A stretch of 64,000 bases of DNA from Protoeuglena noctilucae (GCA_958009085.1 OY253672.1:1116001-1180000); one strand, 5' to 3'. Shown: positions 20,773-34,565, counted from the stretch's first letter. Numbers and translations: made by a program. The notes: generated from the sequence alone by a model not told the origin.

Positions 20773-22690
20773 CTACCTGCGGCGGTAGACGGCCGGGTCG
20801 GCGCCGAGCGTCCGGGACAGGTTGGCGAGCATGGTCACGAGCCCGGGGATGCCCAGCCGGAGGAGGTTGAGGCGGGACTCGTTGCACGACTGCGGCGGGC
20901 CACGGGAAGCCACAGGGTCGCGGGCAGCGCTCCCCGCCCACCGCTCGCACCAGCCGAGCGCCCCCCCTCACGCTGGCGAAGAGCTGCAGCCCGAAGAGCA
21001 CGAGCTCCGTGAACATGAGCCGCGCCGAGAGGAACCCCTGCCAGTTGCGGTCGCTGAGGCGGAAGAAGGCGTCGAAGAACTGCCGGGTCTTGGCCAGGTC
21101 GAGGGCGAGGAGGACGTCCATGCCGAAGCAGAAGAACTCGCGCTGGCGGAGACGCTCCAGGGGCCACGTGGTCTTCCAGATGGCCTCCGACATGGCCGTC
21201 GCCTCGGCCTCGCTCACAGGGCGCTTGATGCCGCGCACCTCGTCGCGCGAGCACCCGTCAAGCGCGTCCACGACGGCGTCCCTGCGCGAGGGGAAGAGCG
21301 CGTCCCTTTCACCGCCGCCGCCGCCGCCACGCGCGCGGAACCCAGCCCCCGCCCTCCGGCCCTCCTGCCACCCGACCGCAGCGCCGCACCCGAGGGTGGC
21401 CGAGGCGGCCAGGACGCGGGCGACCATGAAGCCCGTGGAGGGGTGGACGTGTCCGGCCGTGCCACCGAGGCCGATGACGCGCTGGGGCAGCGCGGGGAGG
21501 ACCCCGCCCATCGGAATAAGGCACAGCTCCTCCTCGATGACCCCCGTGACGCGCACGCCGTACGCCTGGAGGCGCGCGTAGAGCCGCTCCTTCAGGTCGT
21601 CGAAGGGCACGGCCGGGCGCGCCACGAGGGACGTCTCCTCGAAGAAGACGACCTTGTCCGAGAGGGGCATGGCGTACAGGAAGGTGGGGAGGCGGTCGTT
21701 GCGGGCCTTCATGCCGTGGCGGCCCGCGCAGTGCTCGTCCTTCCAGTCCATGAAGAGCATCTGGTCGAGATCGTACGGGTGGGACTCGACCTCGCAGAGG
21801 ATGCCGTACGCGCCCTGGTACCCCGGGTCAAATGGCTGGTCGTACTCCACCAGCCGCCTCGCGTGCCCCGTGCAGTCCACCACCAGCGACGCCACCACGC
21901 GCTTCCCGCCCGCGCCCATCAGGTGCACCGTCGACGCCCCGCCCGCGTGCGACACGCGGTCCGCCTTGCCCACCACGAACCGCACGCCCGCCTCCTTGCA
22001 CCGCCCCAGCAGCTTGAGCTTCAGCTTGGCCCGGTCGATCCGCGCGTACGGCCGACGTAGCTTCCGGAACCCGTCCCGCCCGTACTCCCCGCCCAACTCG
22101 ACCGCCGCGTGCGAGAACCGCTTCTCGAAGCAGTCCCCCAGCCCCAGCGCCTCGAACTCGTCCACCCACGTCCCGTACGTCGGCACGAAGTTGAGCGTCG
22201 GGTCCGGGTCCACCAGGCAGACCCGGTACCCGCCCGCAGCGATGCGCGCGGCCACCGCCAGGCCCCCCGGACCCGCCCCCACGACGCACACCTCCTGCTT
22301 GTCGTACTCGGACTCGGGGAGCAGGTCCACGTCGAAGGGGACGCGCTGATGACCCGGCCCAATGAACGGCGGCTCCACCCACTGCGGGCAGGGGGGCGAC
22401 GCGGGCGGGGTGATGCGGGCGGGGTCCAAAGGCGCGGCGCCCAGGAAGGGTGGCTTGCGAGGGCCAGCGCGCCGCTGCCGCCTCGCCTCGGTCTCCGCGG
22501 TCCGTTGCACGGTGCCCTCGGAAGGCGCCACGCCGACAGCGCGCGAGCGCACGGCACGCGGCGCGCCGCGCGGGTGCCCCCCAACGGATGGCCATGCCAA
22601 GCCAGGAGGAGGGGCCGCCGGACCCGCGGGCCGCGAACCCCCCGTCTCCCGTGCCGCCGGCGTTGGCACCTGAATGCCCAGTCGCAGCAT
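20773..22690 (-). CDS. LCYB: Lycopene beta-cyclase, plastid-targeted, multi-exon
   Basis: VCVVGAGPGGLA FAD motif, YGTWVDEF, PGYQGAYGIL, PTFLYAMP, FFEETSLVARP, IPMGG, GTAGHVHPSTGFMV, FFCFGMDVLL. Confidence 0.93.
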
Positions 22691-23337
22691 CGACGTGGCG
22701 ATCAGACACTCAGCGCGACTGCGAGACTCGTGCCACGCCGCACAATGCTTTATCTACTCCCCGACGGGGACGGGCGGCCAGCAAAGGTGGCACGTGATTC
22801 TCGAAACCTAACCGCGGCTTCCCTGCGTCTGTGGAGACCCGCGGGGCTCCCATCGTCCACAGCCTCCACGCGCGGCTGATGTTGCGTGCCAGTGAAGCCA
22901 GAGCTGCGAGGCGTTGCATGCATGGAACCCCTCAGACGCCCCCGGATTATTCACCTTGTTCGAACGACGTCGTGGCACATGCGACGTGTCACGGGGTGCC
23001 GAATTCTGGCCTGGTGGCTTTGAGAGGGGGTCCTGCGCGTTCTTCCCGGCGCTCATTGCTGCCGCGTAGAAGGAGTTCAACTGGCGAGTGGGTGTGCGCT
23101 GGGTCCCGCCCCGTGCGGTGTTCCACTGTGCTGCGGAAGCAGCCCACGGCGGTTGTTGAGGGCACGGGCGGCGCAGCAGGGGAGGCATCGCGTGAAGCTG
23201 ATGTTGGACGACTCGGAACTTCCCTCTGCGTGCAGGGTCCTGGATTGCGGGGGCTGTACGGCGCCGATTTCTCCGAAGATACGCGAACGGGCACAGACAC
23301 GGACGCAGCCCACCCCGCCGCTTGGAGGCACTGGGCC

Positions 23338-26300
23338 ATGTCGGTGGACGACCTTCTCCGCCTCGCCACGGATCTGGTGGCTCTGAGTGGCCCCAAGGGT
23401 GAGCGGCGCCGCGGTTCAAGCAGGGAGGGGAGGCCGAAAGCCAACTGCGTCACGCCCCTCCGTCCCGGACTCCGCCGCAGGTATCTCCGCTGCGGACTTC
23501 CCCGCCGAGCTGTCGTCATATGCAGAGCGCTCGGATGTGCCGCCTCCCTCTGCTTCGGTGGCGGGGCGCGTCTGGAGGGCTCTCCCCGGGGTCCCGGGCA
23601 TTGAGCTCGTGGACGCGCCGGATGGCGCGCCATCCGAGCTCGCAGGGACTGCAGTCGCATGTCGGAAACTTCGAGACACGGCGCTGGGGGTCGTCGAGTT
23701 GCAGGAGTGCACGGAGGGCTCGTGGGACGGGCGGGACCGAGAGGCGCTCGAGGTTCGAACGCGCGGCGCCCTGTTGGCGCGATTTCGAAGACGTTCAGGC
23801 CGCGACAACCTGTATGACTTTCACGTCTCCTCGCTCGCCCACCTGGCCCGCAGAAGCTCGGCCAGGCGCGCCACAGCGGCCGACTGCAGGCGGACTTGGC
23901 GACCGAGCTGGGCGTCAGCAATACGTCCTTCTTCCACACCATCAACAGCCTCGTCATGAAGAGCCTCGCGGTCAAGTCCCCCATCGTCGTCCCCGGCGCC
24001 AACGGCGGCAAGACCTCCACCAACATCTGCTTCTTGACGCGCTTCGCCCCCAACGTCAACACCGGTGCGGCATCAGGCGCATGGCCGTGTAGCACACCGC
24101 CCCCTCTCGCGTCGCCGCGCGCATGCATATCTTCACCTTATTCCCCCGCAGCCGGGAACAAGCGTTTGGTGCCTGCGACCGAGGCGGAGGGGGGAGGAGA
24201 ATTCGGTGCGTACCGTCCACTTGCCTGCCGGGCCCTGCTCGCGGCTGCCACAGGATTCCGACGCGGCGGGCCTGCTGGACGTGATGACGATTAAGTGCTG
24301 TCTGATGTATTATTGTCCTCGCCTCGCAGCCCTGGCGGACGACGCAGACATGATGGCGCGCATTTCGCGACACCTCGAGGCAGCCGGGGACAAACCCGTG
24401 GTGGAATCCGAGCTCAAGGTTCTTTTGGGTTTCTCCGGGACACCGGGGCACCGGAGCTGGCGGCGCATCAGGTGAGGCAGCCGACTTGCGGCACGGACAC
24501 AACCGCGACTGCTCTGTGACCAGGGCAATGCACCATGTCGCTGTGCGGCGCTCGATGTCAGCTGTTCGCGTGCCCGCCGCGCTCAGGGGGAAGTTGGAGG
24601 CTGGCAACCACCTGAAGCAGGTGCCAGCCAAGGTCGGGGGCAAGAGCGTCACCGTCCTCCGTCTGCTCAAGCCCTTCCGGTGAGGCTGCTGTGCATGCGC
24701 ATGCCAGTCGGTGACGCGTCTGCGCATGCTCAAGCCCTGCTGATCAGGCGCGGCGACGAGGGCGCACTTGTGTAACTCCAGTCCGCGCCTCTGCCGGCCT
24801 TCCACTGGCATGGGCGGCTTTGGTACCAATCAGGTTGTGCTGCCGACTCCTGCGGACACCAGCAGCAGATGCCACCTGCGACATTCCCCGTCTCCATTCG
24901 CAGCCGCGACAGCGCAGCCGTGGTGGAGGAAGAGGAGGAGACGTCACCGGTGCTGACGCCCATCGTCGAGTCCGGCCTGGCCCGTCAGATCCTGGACCAC
25001 GTGGTTTCTGGCACGCACGTCACGACCACGCAGGTCTGGGACGCCATGGGCGTGTCTGGCAAATACGAGGCCAAGGTCCTGGCCACGGTCGAGAAGATGT
25101 TCGGGCTGAAGAAGACCATGGTGAGTCCAGCGGAGCCTCGCTGTGGCGACAGGGAGCAGACGAGTTGCGTCCTTGGGCGTCGCTTCCCATGCACCATGCA
25201 CCATGCACCCACCCCACGGTCGGCACAAGCGACCGAGGTTCACTTCACAAGGCGTGGCCTTCTCCGCAGCATGGCAAAGGCCGCAGCAACTACTTCGTGT
25301 ACGAGGCGCCCCCGGAGGTGTTGGCGCTGTACCGGGAGAGGAACCGCCCCACGCTGGCGGCCCTGGAGGGCTGGCAGAGGGACCTGGGGGTGGATGCGGA
25401 GGAGCCGCGGGGGCACGCGGAAGGGGCAGCGGCGGACCGGGCAGGGCCGAGCACCAGCGATGCGGACGCTCCCAGGCCCGCCGTGGCTGCCACGCCCCCG
25501 ACGGTCCAGGCCGTACCCGTCCCCGCCCCCGCCCCGACCCCGGCACAAGCGGCGCCCCCGCCTGTGGCCGCCCGCGCGCCAGTGCCTGTGCCCCCTCTTG
25601 CGCCAGTGGTGGGCGAGGACTCGGGGTCGTCGGACGATGGAATGGCAGTCGACGAGGAGGGCCCGGCGGAGGAGGAGGGGCGGGAGGCGCGGGAGCCGTC
25701 CTTGCGCACGTACGCGCGAGTGGAGACGCTAATACAGGCGAGTGGGGGATCGTTTGTGGGGCCATGAGTGTCACTGATGCAGGCGAGTGGAGGATCGTTT
25801 GTGGGGCCATGAGTGTCACTGATGCAGGCGAGTGGGGTGTTGGTGGTGCAGGCGAATGGGGGGTGCTGGTGCGGGTGAATGGGTCGTTGCTGGTGCAGGC
25901 TAGTTGAAGGGCGAGCGAGGCAGCGCGGGGCTCGGCTGCAGGGCGGTGGGCGGCTCGCCGTCCTCGCACAGACACGAGGCTGCCTCTCATTCGCAGGCGA
26001 TGGAGCGCGAGGGCGGCATCCTTGTGCGGGGCGTCATGGCTCAGGAGCTTGCGGCTGCCTCCTCTTCCAAGCGTCCCGACCTCAAAGTCATCCAGCGGCT
26101 CATGCAACACGCGGTGGCATCGGGGAGGGCGCGCATTGTGTCAGTGCCATACGAGGGGAAGAACGGGAAGCAGCGGTCGGTCGAGGCGCTCGTGTCGGCC
26201 GAGATCGACGTGAACGATGACGTCATGTGAGGGCAGAGGGCCGTGGGCACCGCAGCAAGAGAGTGGCAGTGGCGACGCGTGTGCAGGGGCAGGTCGCGCC

Positions 26301-29300
26301 GAATGACTATCATGACCATGAACCGGACCGCACGAGCGCATTATGGCTGTTGGTGTCGCCCTGGAATGCTGCCGCGTTCGCTTCCGCCCGCAGCGCGGAG
26401 GTGCAGGAGCGCTTCAGGCGCAGCGCGGTAGACGTGCGCAAGAAGAGGGGCCCCGTCCAGGCCCACGAGCAGCTCAACAGGGACGACGTGTTCACGGTGC
26501 TGGAGCCGGACAGGTGAGCGAGCGCCTGCGGGGCGGGAATGGAGGGCCGGCGGGGCGCAGGGCGGCCGTGCTGACTTGCGCCGCGCTGGGGAGGATCCGA
26601 CGTCCCCGACCTCCGCTGCGGCGCAGGACTCTCGCCGTGAAGAAGAAGACTGCTCGAAACGAGCCGCGGGGCAATGCGGAGCACCCGCAGAAGCTCCTGA
26701 TCGCGAATGGGTATGAGGCGGCCAAGGGCCGGCGCGCGGCGCGCGTGCACGCGCTGCTGGTGTCGCTGCTGGGCTGGGGAGGGGGCGAGCGGCGCGTCCC
26801 GTCGCCCGCGGAGCTCGTCAAAGAGCTGCAGAGGCGAATACCCGCGAAATCGGGGCTCGTGGCGTCCAGCCTGGGCATGCCTCACATCCGGGTGCTGGAA
26901 GGCGAGGGGCTGCTGCCGGGCTCAGGGCGCCGCCGCAGCGCGCCGTGCACGCCGGCGCTGACGCAGCGGTGGTGCTGCTGCTGTTCGCGCAGATCGCCAG
27001 GCGGCCCCGGAGAGGCCGGAGGAGGCGGAGGGCGCGGCGGGTGCGGGAGGGCAGGAGGCGACCACCCCGGCCCCGGGCCTGCCGCACGTGACGGAGGATA
27101 CGATCCTCTTCGACGACCTGCTGGCCCAGATGCCCGTGGCGACGGCCGCGGCGTGCATGGGGTTCCCGGTTCGGGAATTGGACGTGGTGGCGTTGGACGC
27201 GCAATACGCCCGGATGAGCGACGTGCCGGACGACCTGCGGGACCCACTGCTGGACTCGCAGAACGTGAAACGCCTGGTAAGGGACGCTGCTTGCTGGCAC
27301 GCAACATGCGGGACGTGCAGAACGTGGCAGGTGTGGTGAGGGCAGTGGGGGTGAAGTGGGGGCGCCCGCAGGCGTGAGGCATGGCCCGTGCGATGGGATG
27401 GCCATAACAGCTGGCCATAAGAGCTAACTATGAGAGCCCGTCGTGATGCTACGTTTCACAATACAGAGGAGCACCCTTTGCAAAGACGTGTCTGACGCTC
27501 CGCCTCTCTGTTTCTACGACTGCAGCACAACTCGGTGCTGCTCCTCCAGTCCTTGGGGCTGGTCAAGATCCGGACGTGTATGGGCGTCAAATTCACCCGG
27601 GGCGTGAAGGTCAAGGCCTATATCAACCTCATCGACGTCGCGCGCAGCGTGGACCTGCAGGCGAGGCCAATGCTGAGCACTGACCTGGATGTGAGACGGT
27701 GTGGCTGCCCTGTGGTCTGCGCTGTGAGGTTTGTACTGTGAGACATGATCTGCAGCAAGCGAGTGGCCGTCCCTTTGGATTTGCAGGGCCTTTGTCTGTG
27801 CTGTGAGACATGGCTTGTCGCGAGTAACAGTTATTGCCCCTCTGGATTTTAAATTGCAGGTCCCCGTCGACCCCATCGGTGCCCGCGCGAGCCTCATGGC
27901 GGAGTTCGATGCCCTGGAGGCCCTGGCGCAGAAGTCTTGGGGAGCGAAGGGCGGCAGGGCACATGGCTCGTCGGGGTCGAGCAGCGGGTCAGAGGACGGC
28001 GGCGACGGGGAGGGAGAGGCGAGTGCTTGGGTGTGGAGTGGCACAGTGCATTGCGGGGAGGGCGAGTGCTTGGGTGTACATGAAGTGGCACGGTGCATTG
28101 CGGGGAGGGCGAGTGCTTGGGTGGTTGGACTAGGAATCACCCACGCTATAGTCGACCAATGCTATGGCGTGTCATAACATCTTGGATGGCTGCCCTTCAT
28201 GCGACGTGACGACGTGCAACATGGGATGGCCCGCCGCGCTTATGCCCACGCCGCCATCACGCCCGCGCCGACGCAGGGCGGTGACCTGCTGGCCAAGCGC
28301 TTACGCCCGGTGTTCGTCTTTCCGGAGCACGTCAAGACGGTGGTGGAGACACGGCCGGAGCACTTTGCGCTGGACCAGCCGGGGACCCTCGAGGACTACT
28401 GGCTGCGGCTGGAGTGGCTGCTGGAGCGGCACCTGATTCCCATGCGATACACGCCGCTCGGGAAGGCCATGCCGAATATCTTCCGGAGGCGAGCGAACGA
28501 TGCGTGCTTCGAGCGGTGGCGTGGGGTTGCCGGGTATCCGGTTGGTGCCACGGGAGCAGCCAATCGCAGGGCGTGGAGCCCAGTCTGGTGGTGCCTGGGT
28601 CGAAGTGCGCGCCTCCAGATCCCTGGTCCCTGCCGTTTGTGCGCTCGCAGGAACACGGTGGTGTTTTCGGCGCGCCTGCCTCCCCTCGACGTGGAGGTGC
28701 GGAAAGACATCCGGGAGAAGCTGCAGGATCTGGGCATCTCGCAGACGCAGGCGAGTGCGGGGGCGAAGGTTGCTGCGGTGTGGGTGTGGCGCAGCACGGG
28801 CGGGTGCAGGTGGGCTGCAGGAGGGGTGGTGGCCGGGAGTACGGCAGTCCTGGGGGCAGTAGTTGAGCCTGCAGTTCCAACACTGTAAAGCGGCACAGGC
28901 AGGGGTAGTTGAGCTGTGCGCTGGTCAGGCGTGGTACACGGTGCCCATGGTGGCGAACATGTCTAAACGAGCTCGCAAGATGGTGTCTGTGCGACGATTC
29001 GGCAATGCTGTTGCCCTCTCGCAGGTCACTCCCACGGACTGGCTGGACTGCAAGCGCCTGGCGGACAGGATGGGGCTGCCGTACTCGCAAATCATCCGCA
29101 TCGCTCGCGAGAGGTGGGGGGCGGTGGTTGTCCCAAATGCCCTGATGGCGCGTGCTGACGGGCGCGGAGCTACGACCCAGCAGTGTCGTGCTCACGTTCC
29201 TCATGTCTTCAATTCAGCTCTTGCATCCCGTGCTGCCACATCGTCTGCTCCCTGCGCTGTGCCCGCGCAATCGGAGCGTCCGTCCACTGCGCCCCGCTGT

Positions 29301-32300
29301 GCTGTCAGCGCTCCCATTGCTGCTCTCCTCGCCGCCGCAGGGTGTCCAGGAAGGGCCCCAAGGTTGAAGCACCGAAGCACGCCACCCGGTCCGGGGTGCG
29401 CCTGGGAGGGGTGTCAATGCCATCCACCAAGATAGCTTTCGGGGAGTCGGGGTGGGAGTTCGGGGACGTGGCGGCGGGGCTTCCGCAGCCAGAGGTGGGC
29501 GGGCAGTCGGCATAGCCCTGTGAGGAGGGATGGCACCGGTGGCAGCTGTCGCACCCGCCACCCAGTCCTATGCTCGCTTGGGGTTCCCACACAGTCAATC
29601 AGCAGTCCATCTCAGTCATTGGCAGCCCCAGTCAGTCACTCATGCTTCCCATCCAGTCCGCAGCACACTCCCGTCACGCAGCGTCTAACCCAGCACGTTC
29701 ACGCTCCCTCGACCCCCGCAGCCTCACATGGAGCTTTACTGAGTCTTCGTTCAGCACTTCAAACCCCTTAAGACATGCCCACCCACTCTCAATGCACCCG
29801 CAGTCCCACATGGAGCTACCGGAGCGCCTCTTCCAGGCGATCAAGAGCAAGCCGGTGGCGGCCGTTCCGGAGCACGTCACTGCGTTCAAGAAGCGCAAGA
29901 CGGACGCGGGACGGCAGCGGCGGGAGCGGGAGCGGCAGAGGCGGGCGGCGGAGGGGCGGGATGAGGAGGGAGTGGAGGATGACGAGGATGTGGATGACGA
30001 CGAGGGTGGCAGCGAGGAGGAGGATGGGGAGGGAGGTCTGCTGGTGAGGGCTGGGGAAGCTAAGGGGACGCTGTGGGTCAGGGGTAGTGGCGCGGTGGAG
30101 GGCGGAGTGCTTGACATGGCACCTTGGTACGGTCGGCAGTGAGAGAAATGGTCATGGCGGGTCCGTGACTTGCTAGATAGTTTTTGTGCCGTGTTCCTCG
30201 ACTGCAGGAGATGGAGGGCGCGGGAGAGGGTGGGGGCAGCAGGGAGGGCCGGCCGCGTGGGCCGACGATGGTCTGGCGGCGAGAGGAGGACATGGCGTGG
30301 ATGCTCAAGCTGGCCCACTCGTACATCATGGTGAGCGTGGTGGGGGAAGGTACTGGGGTTGAGAGGGCTTGAGACTTTGAATGGGCCAGACCGCCATGTT
30401 CACTTTTCAAGACTCTTGAAACGCGAACGTGTGTGCCGACTGCTGGGCATGTTGTACGGGGCTTTGCCGGCTTGCACGTGGACCGAAGGGGCTGTGTCGA
30501 CTGATGATGAGCGATTTAACACATAGAAGGCGCTATGTGTCGAAAACTACGTGCAGACGGGCGACAACTACGTGGATTTGAAGAAGCGCCTGGCGACGCC
30601 CGAGGGAGTGGACATGAGGGCGGTGGGGAACCGCCTGCGTGCGTACCGACGGATCAAGGACGCGTCCACCGCACTCATGGGGCTGCGCGTGCAGGCGAGT
30701 CATGGGGTTGTTTGAGGGTGCAGGCGAGGGTGGGGCTAAGGGTGCAGGTGAGGGTGGGGCTGTGACAAGTGCAAACACTTGCACCCGTGATGACGTGGTC
30801 CGTCTGCAAGGGCAGGCATCCATTGTTATGAGGTATGAGGTTGTGAGGCAAGGGCTGCGGTCTCGCTGTGCGTGACCTGCAGTGCATGGGGCTACCTGGA
30901 ACAGCGGGCGTCATGCGTCTGTGGACATGTCACCTCATCCTCCATCCACGCCCGCAGTGCCTGGTCATCCACCGCATCCTCAAGCCAAACAGCACGGCGG
31001 GGACCGCCGTCCCGTCCCGGCGCGCCCAGCAGCAGGCGCGACAGGCCGACCGGGCAGACAAGGCGGACAAGAGCAATGATGGGCCGCAGCCGCAGCCAGG
31101 CGACCAAGCGGTGGCTGACGATGACTCTGGTGACTCGGGAGGGGACGAGGAGGAGAACGCCGGGGGGCGAGGGACCGGGTCGTCGTCAAAGGGGTCGTAC
31201 GGGGCCATCCTCCGCGACATCGGCCTGGTGAGGGTGGCGGGTGCAGCTGTGGTCTGTGACTTGGGGGCATGGTGAGGGTGGCGGGTGCCATTCGTGGTTT
31301 GTGACGTCGGGCTGGTGAGGATGGCAATGGCCGCCAGCATCGATGGGCTTGTCGTAGCCGAGAGTACTTGGGCCGGCATGCAGTCTGCGCAAGCAGTTGC
31401 GAGCCTGGTGCCGCTTCGCTACCTCTGACCTGGCAGCGTGCCCCATCACCACGCGCAGGTCAAGGGAGGCCAGTTGGTGCTGCCCGACTGCCTCTACCTG
31501 ACCGAGATCACCCCGGCAGACGACACGCTCAATATGGCGGACGAGTGCACTCGGGAGCTCATGCACGTCCTCTTCCCAAGGGGCATAGGCGCTGCGGAGG
31601 GAGAGGGGCAGGGAGAGGGACAGGGCGACGAGGCTGGGCCGTCCGGGGAGGAGGAGGGGCGGACGAGCGCAGTGGCGGAGATCCAGGCGGCGGTGCGGAA
31701 GGCGGGGCTGCTGATGGCGGTGACGCTGGCCAGGGCGCCGCGGCTGAAGGGCGGAGAGGGCAGGGCCGGGAGGCGTGGGAGGGGTGCGGAGGAGGCGGGG
31801 GAGGGAGAGGAGGGGGGCAACGCAGTTGCGACGAAAAAGAAGGGACGGCGCCACCGGGGGAGGCTGGTTGACAGCGCGCGGTGAGTGACGGGGCGGGGTG
31901 GTGGACATAGCAAGCGGTGAGTGACGGGGTGGGGTGGTGGACATAGTAAGCGGTGAGTGACTGGGTGGGGTGGGCAACACAGCACATTTCGATTGCATTC
32001 GAGATCTGAAAAGGAGTTGTCACGGGCAGGGCCCCCTGCCACTTCCTTTGTGCTTCATCGAGCTGTGTCCCGCATTCGCAGTGTCGAGGACGAGCTGGGA
32101 GACGACAGCCAGGCTGCCGTGCCCCTGCGGCCGACCACGCCTCCCACGATGCGGCCCGCGTCCACCTTCCGGAGGTGAGGGCTGCCAGCTATGGCACTGC
32201 TCGCAAGGCGCGGACCCTGCCCCTCGCCCTTTGGTCTGGCCAGTCGGCGCAACCCCTGGGCCCACATCGCACTGCCATTGGTGTGGCAACAGGGAGGCGT

Positions 32301-34234
32301 GGACAGCACCGAAGCACCCGACGTGCACATCCCACAAGCCTCCCATATCACTGCCTTTCGCAGGCGCTGGCCGGGGCTGGCGTCCGGCGGCGCTCGCCGC
32401 ACCGCATCGCTCGGTGCCAGCATGGCCGCCGTGGCGCTGACGCACGGGCTCCTGAGCATCGACGCGTGGAGCGCAGACGCAGAGCGGTCGGTGCTCGAGA
32501 CGGTCCGCGGCATCTGCACTGAGGTGAGGGTGCATCGCAGTCATGGTTTGCAACTACGGTGGATGTCTGGCACGAGCACCCAGAACCTCGTCGCTCTTTC
32601 CTCACCGCAGGAGGAGATCTCAGGAGGCGTGGCGATCCTGAACGAGCGCGTCTCGTCGGCCAGCAAGCACCTGTCGGGCTCAGCGCTTCGCGACGCCCTC
32701 GCCGCGACCCTCGACGCCTCCGCCGCGGCGCCGCTGTTCGCCGAGGCGGGACCCGTTCCGCAGTCGGCGGCCGGGCCTTCGGGGGGTGGCGAGCCCGTGG
32801 CAGACGCTACCGCAACCCCGCCGATGGCCCTCCCGGTCCCGGAGCTCCCAGACCTGGCGCCCACGGCGTTTGAGGAGGTTCTAGAAGGTCGATCTCGCGC
32901 GTGGGGTTTGCCACCGCCGCTGCTGGTGGAGGACGGGGTGACGTCACGCCGTGCACGCACCCTCATGGCCATTCATGCGATGGCATGCGGGGCAGGCACC
33001 ATCAGCCTGTCCCTGACTGATGGGGATGGTGACGCGGAGGCGTGGCTGGCGGGGGTCCAACGCCGCATCGAGGAGGAGGGGGACAAGGAGGGCGCCCCTG
33101 GGGAGGGCGAGGAACGGCCCACGTGGCGGTCCGTGCCTGGGGCAGCGATGACGGAGCTGCGGGCGCTGCTCATGTCGCGGGGACAGGGGGGAGGCGAGCC
33201 GGGGGAGGCGGCGCGTGGAGAGGCAAGTCTGGGCGGCGAGGGCGGCGAGGGCGAGGGAGGCGGTAGGGGTGGGGCGGGGCGCAAGCGTGCTGCGGACAGG
33301 GATGGCGAGGGCGAGGGCGAGGGCGAGCGCGCGGAGAAGCGTCGCCGGGTGGACGAGGCAGGCGCGCCCGGGGCGAAGGCCTTTGCTTGGGCTCGCGTGG
33401 GCGCGGAGGCTGCTGCCCGGGAGGCGGCCCAGGGTGCCATGGCGGCAGACGCCGGGGACGCGCGGGGCGCCTGTGAGGCAGCGCTGCGGCGAGTCCGGGA
33501 GGCCGGTCGCGGGGGCGTGGGGGCGGAGGAGGTGGCTGCTGTGGTGGGGGGGGACGCGAGGGGTGCGATGGACGCTTTGGAGCGACTGCGGCGGTTCGGC
33601 CTGGTGCGGTCCCTGCACAGCTTCGGGGGGCCGCGCTGGGTCGCGTCGGAGCACTCGCAGGAGTTCGTCGTCGCCGCGAAGAAGGTCACGGAGCGCGGGG
33701 GGCTAGCAGAGGCGGCAGGGGATGCGGCGGCTGGGGCTCTGGCAGCGCGCGTGCGGGCGGAGGCGGCGGCCGGGCGCCAACCGGAGTGGCAGCTGTGGCC
33801 GTGGCTGGGTCCAGGGGGCGACGTCGGGGACGGGGTGGTGGAGCGCGCCGCTGCGAAGCTGGTCTGGGCCGCGACTCTCAGCCCTGGCATCCCAATGCAA
33901 GCGCTGCAGGCGCAGGTGCGACATAGCCCAGTTGTGGATTGTGTGGTTGAGTCATTATCCATCACTGCGGGGTAGCTTGGCTGCACCTGAAGCTGAATGG
34001 AGTGCTGCCCTGTGCTCGCAGGTCCCAAGCCTCCCGGCCGCGGCATCGGCGGCGCTCCTCCGGAGCCTGCTCAGGGCCCGGCTGCTGGAGCCAGAGGACG
34101 CTTTTGGGGAATGCAAGGCGGACCAGGACGGTCTGCCTGCCTTCCTGTCGGCGTCGCGGGCCAGCTTCTGCCTCAAGGGGCGGCTGGACCAGGTGGTCGC
34201 CGACGCGCTGGCTTCCACCCTGCAGGTCCCCTAG
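23338..34234 (+). CDS. TFIIIC B-block-binding subunit (GTF3C1/Tfc3-like), many exons
   Basis: N-terminus MSVDDLLRLATDLVALSGPKG; B-block-like DLATELGVSNTSFFHTINSLVMKSL..TNICFLTRF; LIANGYEAAKGRRAARVH, QMPVA, LEDYWLRLEW resemble plant orthologue motifs as I recall them. Confidence 0.72.
25735..25862 (+). repeat. Intronic minisatellite, 45-bp unit x2 plus two partial units
   Basis: CAGGCGAGTGG[G/A]GGATCGTTTGTGGGGCCATGAGTGTCACTGATG at 25735 and 25780; CAGGCGA again at 25825 and 25849. Confidence 0.85.
28018..28125 (+). repeat. Intronic minisatellite, ~43-47-bp unit x2.5
   Basis: GGCGAGTGCTTGGGTG at 28018, 28061 and 28108. Confidence 0.85.
31878..31972 (+). repeat. Intronic minisatellite, 36-bp unit x2.5
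   Basis: GCGGTGAGTGACGGGG[C/T]GGGGTGGTGGACATAG[C/T]AA repeated. Confidence 0.85.
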
Positions 34235-34565
34235 CTCGCTCGTCAGAGTGCGGGGCCTGGCTGTCTGTTTATTATCACGCACGTTGTAGGCGCTGCTGCA
34301 TGTCGGGAAGCACGCCTGCGTTCTGCGGCACGAAACATTATTCTTGCACTAGGGTAATTTGCGGAGCGGCATTAGATCGCTTTGTGCAAGCCCCACGCGC
34401 CAGCAATGTGGGTTGAATGTCTCGGGTGTGCACGCTCTCGCATCATCGCTGCCCGGAGACTCTTTTACTTCCCCTCCTCCCACCCCCCCTTCCCCCGTCT
34501 GAAGAGGGCGCTTAGATAAGGAGCGAAGGAAGGGGCTTGGAGTCGGCTTCGGCAGCCGCTCGACG

